Shown here: positions 62,641-64,000 of the stretch, in pieces
Layout of the letters: each line of letters begins with the position of its first letter
Position numbering within the stretch: the stretch's first letter is position 1
DNA from: Antedon mediterranea
Taxonomy: Eukaryota > Animalia > Echinodermata
DNA length: 64,000 nucleotides
Reading direction: 5' to 3'
Assembly: GCF_964355755.1 (NCBI RefSeq)
Contig: NC_092678.1
Span: 7,456,422-7,520,421 of the forward strand
The notes under the pieces: model-generated
The model's input: the letters and a program-made list of their open reading frames with translations, nothing else
Database searches by the model: none
Told to the model about the DNA's origin: nothing
Position numbers and translations under genes: made by a program

Positions 62641-64000
62641 AATACTTTGTAAGAAATGTAGCACATCATTTACAAATACTTTCTATTAATAGCTGTCAAA
62701 TTCTTAGTAAAGGGTCACAGAATTGATGTGTTAGAACAGACAGGATTAACTTATAAAATTCACATAATTGAAAAGTTTCATTTGTTGAATTAAATGTTTT
62801 AAAACCAGTTTATAAGATAACAGCGACTGATCATCAATTATAGGTTAGAAATTTTCCGAGAAATGTTCTGGGGCTAAATGTGTTTAAAATAAAAAATGGT
62901 ATTTTAAATAACTCAGAATTTAGGTTATTTGTGCATATGTAAAATATTATGAATTTTGTTTTTTAATATTTATTTGATAGAATGTTAACACCAGATGAAC
63001 TAAAAAAACACTACCAAAATATGACATAGCAGAGATTGTTTCAGAAGGGGTTCAACAAATTTTAAACTATAGTTTATAGGTGGTTATATAAAAAGAATTA
63101 TCTGTAAAATCAATAGTTTTAACCTGAATATTTAACCTTTCGATAGAAAAAATAGATGCTTACAATTTGTGCTGAATTTATCCAGAACCAAGTGTAGGCA
63201 GCGGGGTTTGTAGGGTTCTACAGAACCTCCCCTTTTCCATAGTGCCCTTGAAGCTAGAGACAAGCAGTGATTTTTTTACCAGCAGACAAATTATTTTCAT
63301 CTACTAGACTACTATCTTTTCATCAGTTGCTTAGGCCTACGCACGCCTGCACTTTCCACTTTTTGAGGAAGTTTAAATGCTTTCAGTTGCACCTGCTAAG
63401 TCATGGCTACAAACAGCAATTAGTATAGAAAACTGGAATGATTACTTAGGCCTAAACAATTTGTGTCTGGTGATTGTTCTGATATGACTGAACTTTTTAA
63501 ACAATAGAAGTTCTGCAACCAGATGTTTGAAACGACATGTTGAATTTTAGGGCACGTGATAATTCGTAACAACCAGAGACATTCTCTAAAATTTGAAACC
63601 ATTATACAATGTTTGGCAAAAAGCCTCAATTATATTAAATGTGTTTTAAAACAAAATCAGAAACTTTTTTGATAATAAGAAAACAATTTGATTGTAGAAT
63701 GTTGCATTGTAAGTGTGTGAGAGTCGGCTATGTAATAATTTTACATATTCTAGAAATCAAAGCGTTATGGCTACACAAATTTGGTTTAGACTCTCTCTAA
63801 AGTCATAATACAATGGCCTACAATACAATTATCTCAAATACGGAAATAGTCGCCTATTTTGTAGGCAGTTCTCAAAACAAAAACCAACATCTTAACATCT
63901 CATCAACAGAAAATGTAATGTGAGTACAGCATCTTGCCTCAATACCGCTTTTACACTGCAAGCAAAAGTTCAGTGTTTATTGGGAATTGTGCACAACTTT

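Overview
AT-rich, intron-containing animal genomic DNA. It is an invertebrate, probably an echinoderm-like deuterostome, but the taxon is an inference only. Three protein-coding loci lie on the minus strand, and I reconstructed them by hand from GT-AG junctions and reading-frame continuity. (1) The 5' part of a CELSR/Flamingo adhesion-GPCR gene: exons 35166-32268, 31543-30767 and 16087-15461 encode a signal peptide, prodomain, furin site, EC1-9, a membrane-proximal domain and EGF repeats. The gene continues beyond the left edge. (2) Immediately upstream, a complete 3-exon, 1134-aa gene that looks like a diverged tandem duplicate of CELSR EC1-EC8. It has no transmembrane region and instead ends in a T/P-rich mucin-like stalk and a Cys-flanked coiled coil. 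It is a candidate secreted Flamingo decoy, or an alternative first exon for CELSR. (3) The 3' part of a gene in which a PH-domain-like exon is spliced in frame to a complete, divergent 378-aa actin-fold domain spread over 9 exons. The rest is intron and intergenic sequence containing non-autonomous DNA transposons (Harbinger-type MITEs, foldback elements with 8-bp TSDs, a hAT-like element, Helentron-type elements), truncated LINEs, tRNA-derived SINEs and minisatellites. One minisatellite is built from an exon-intron junction.
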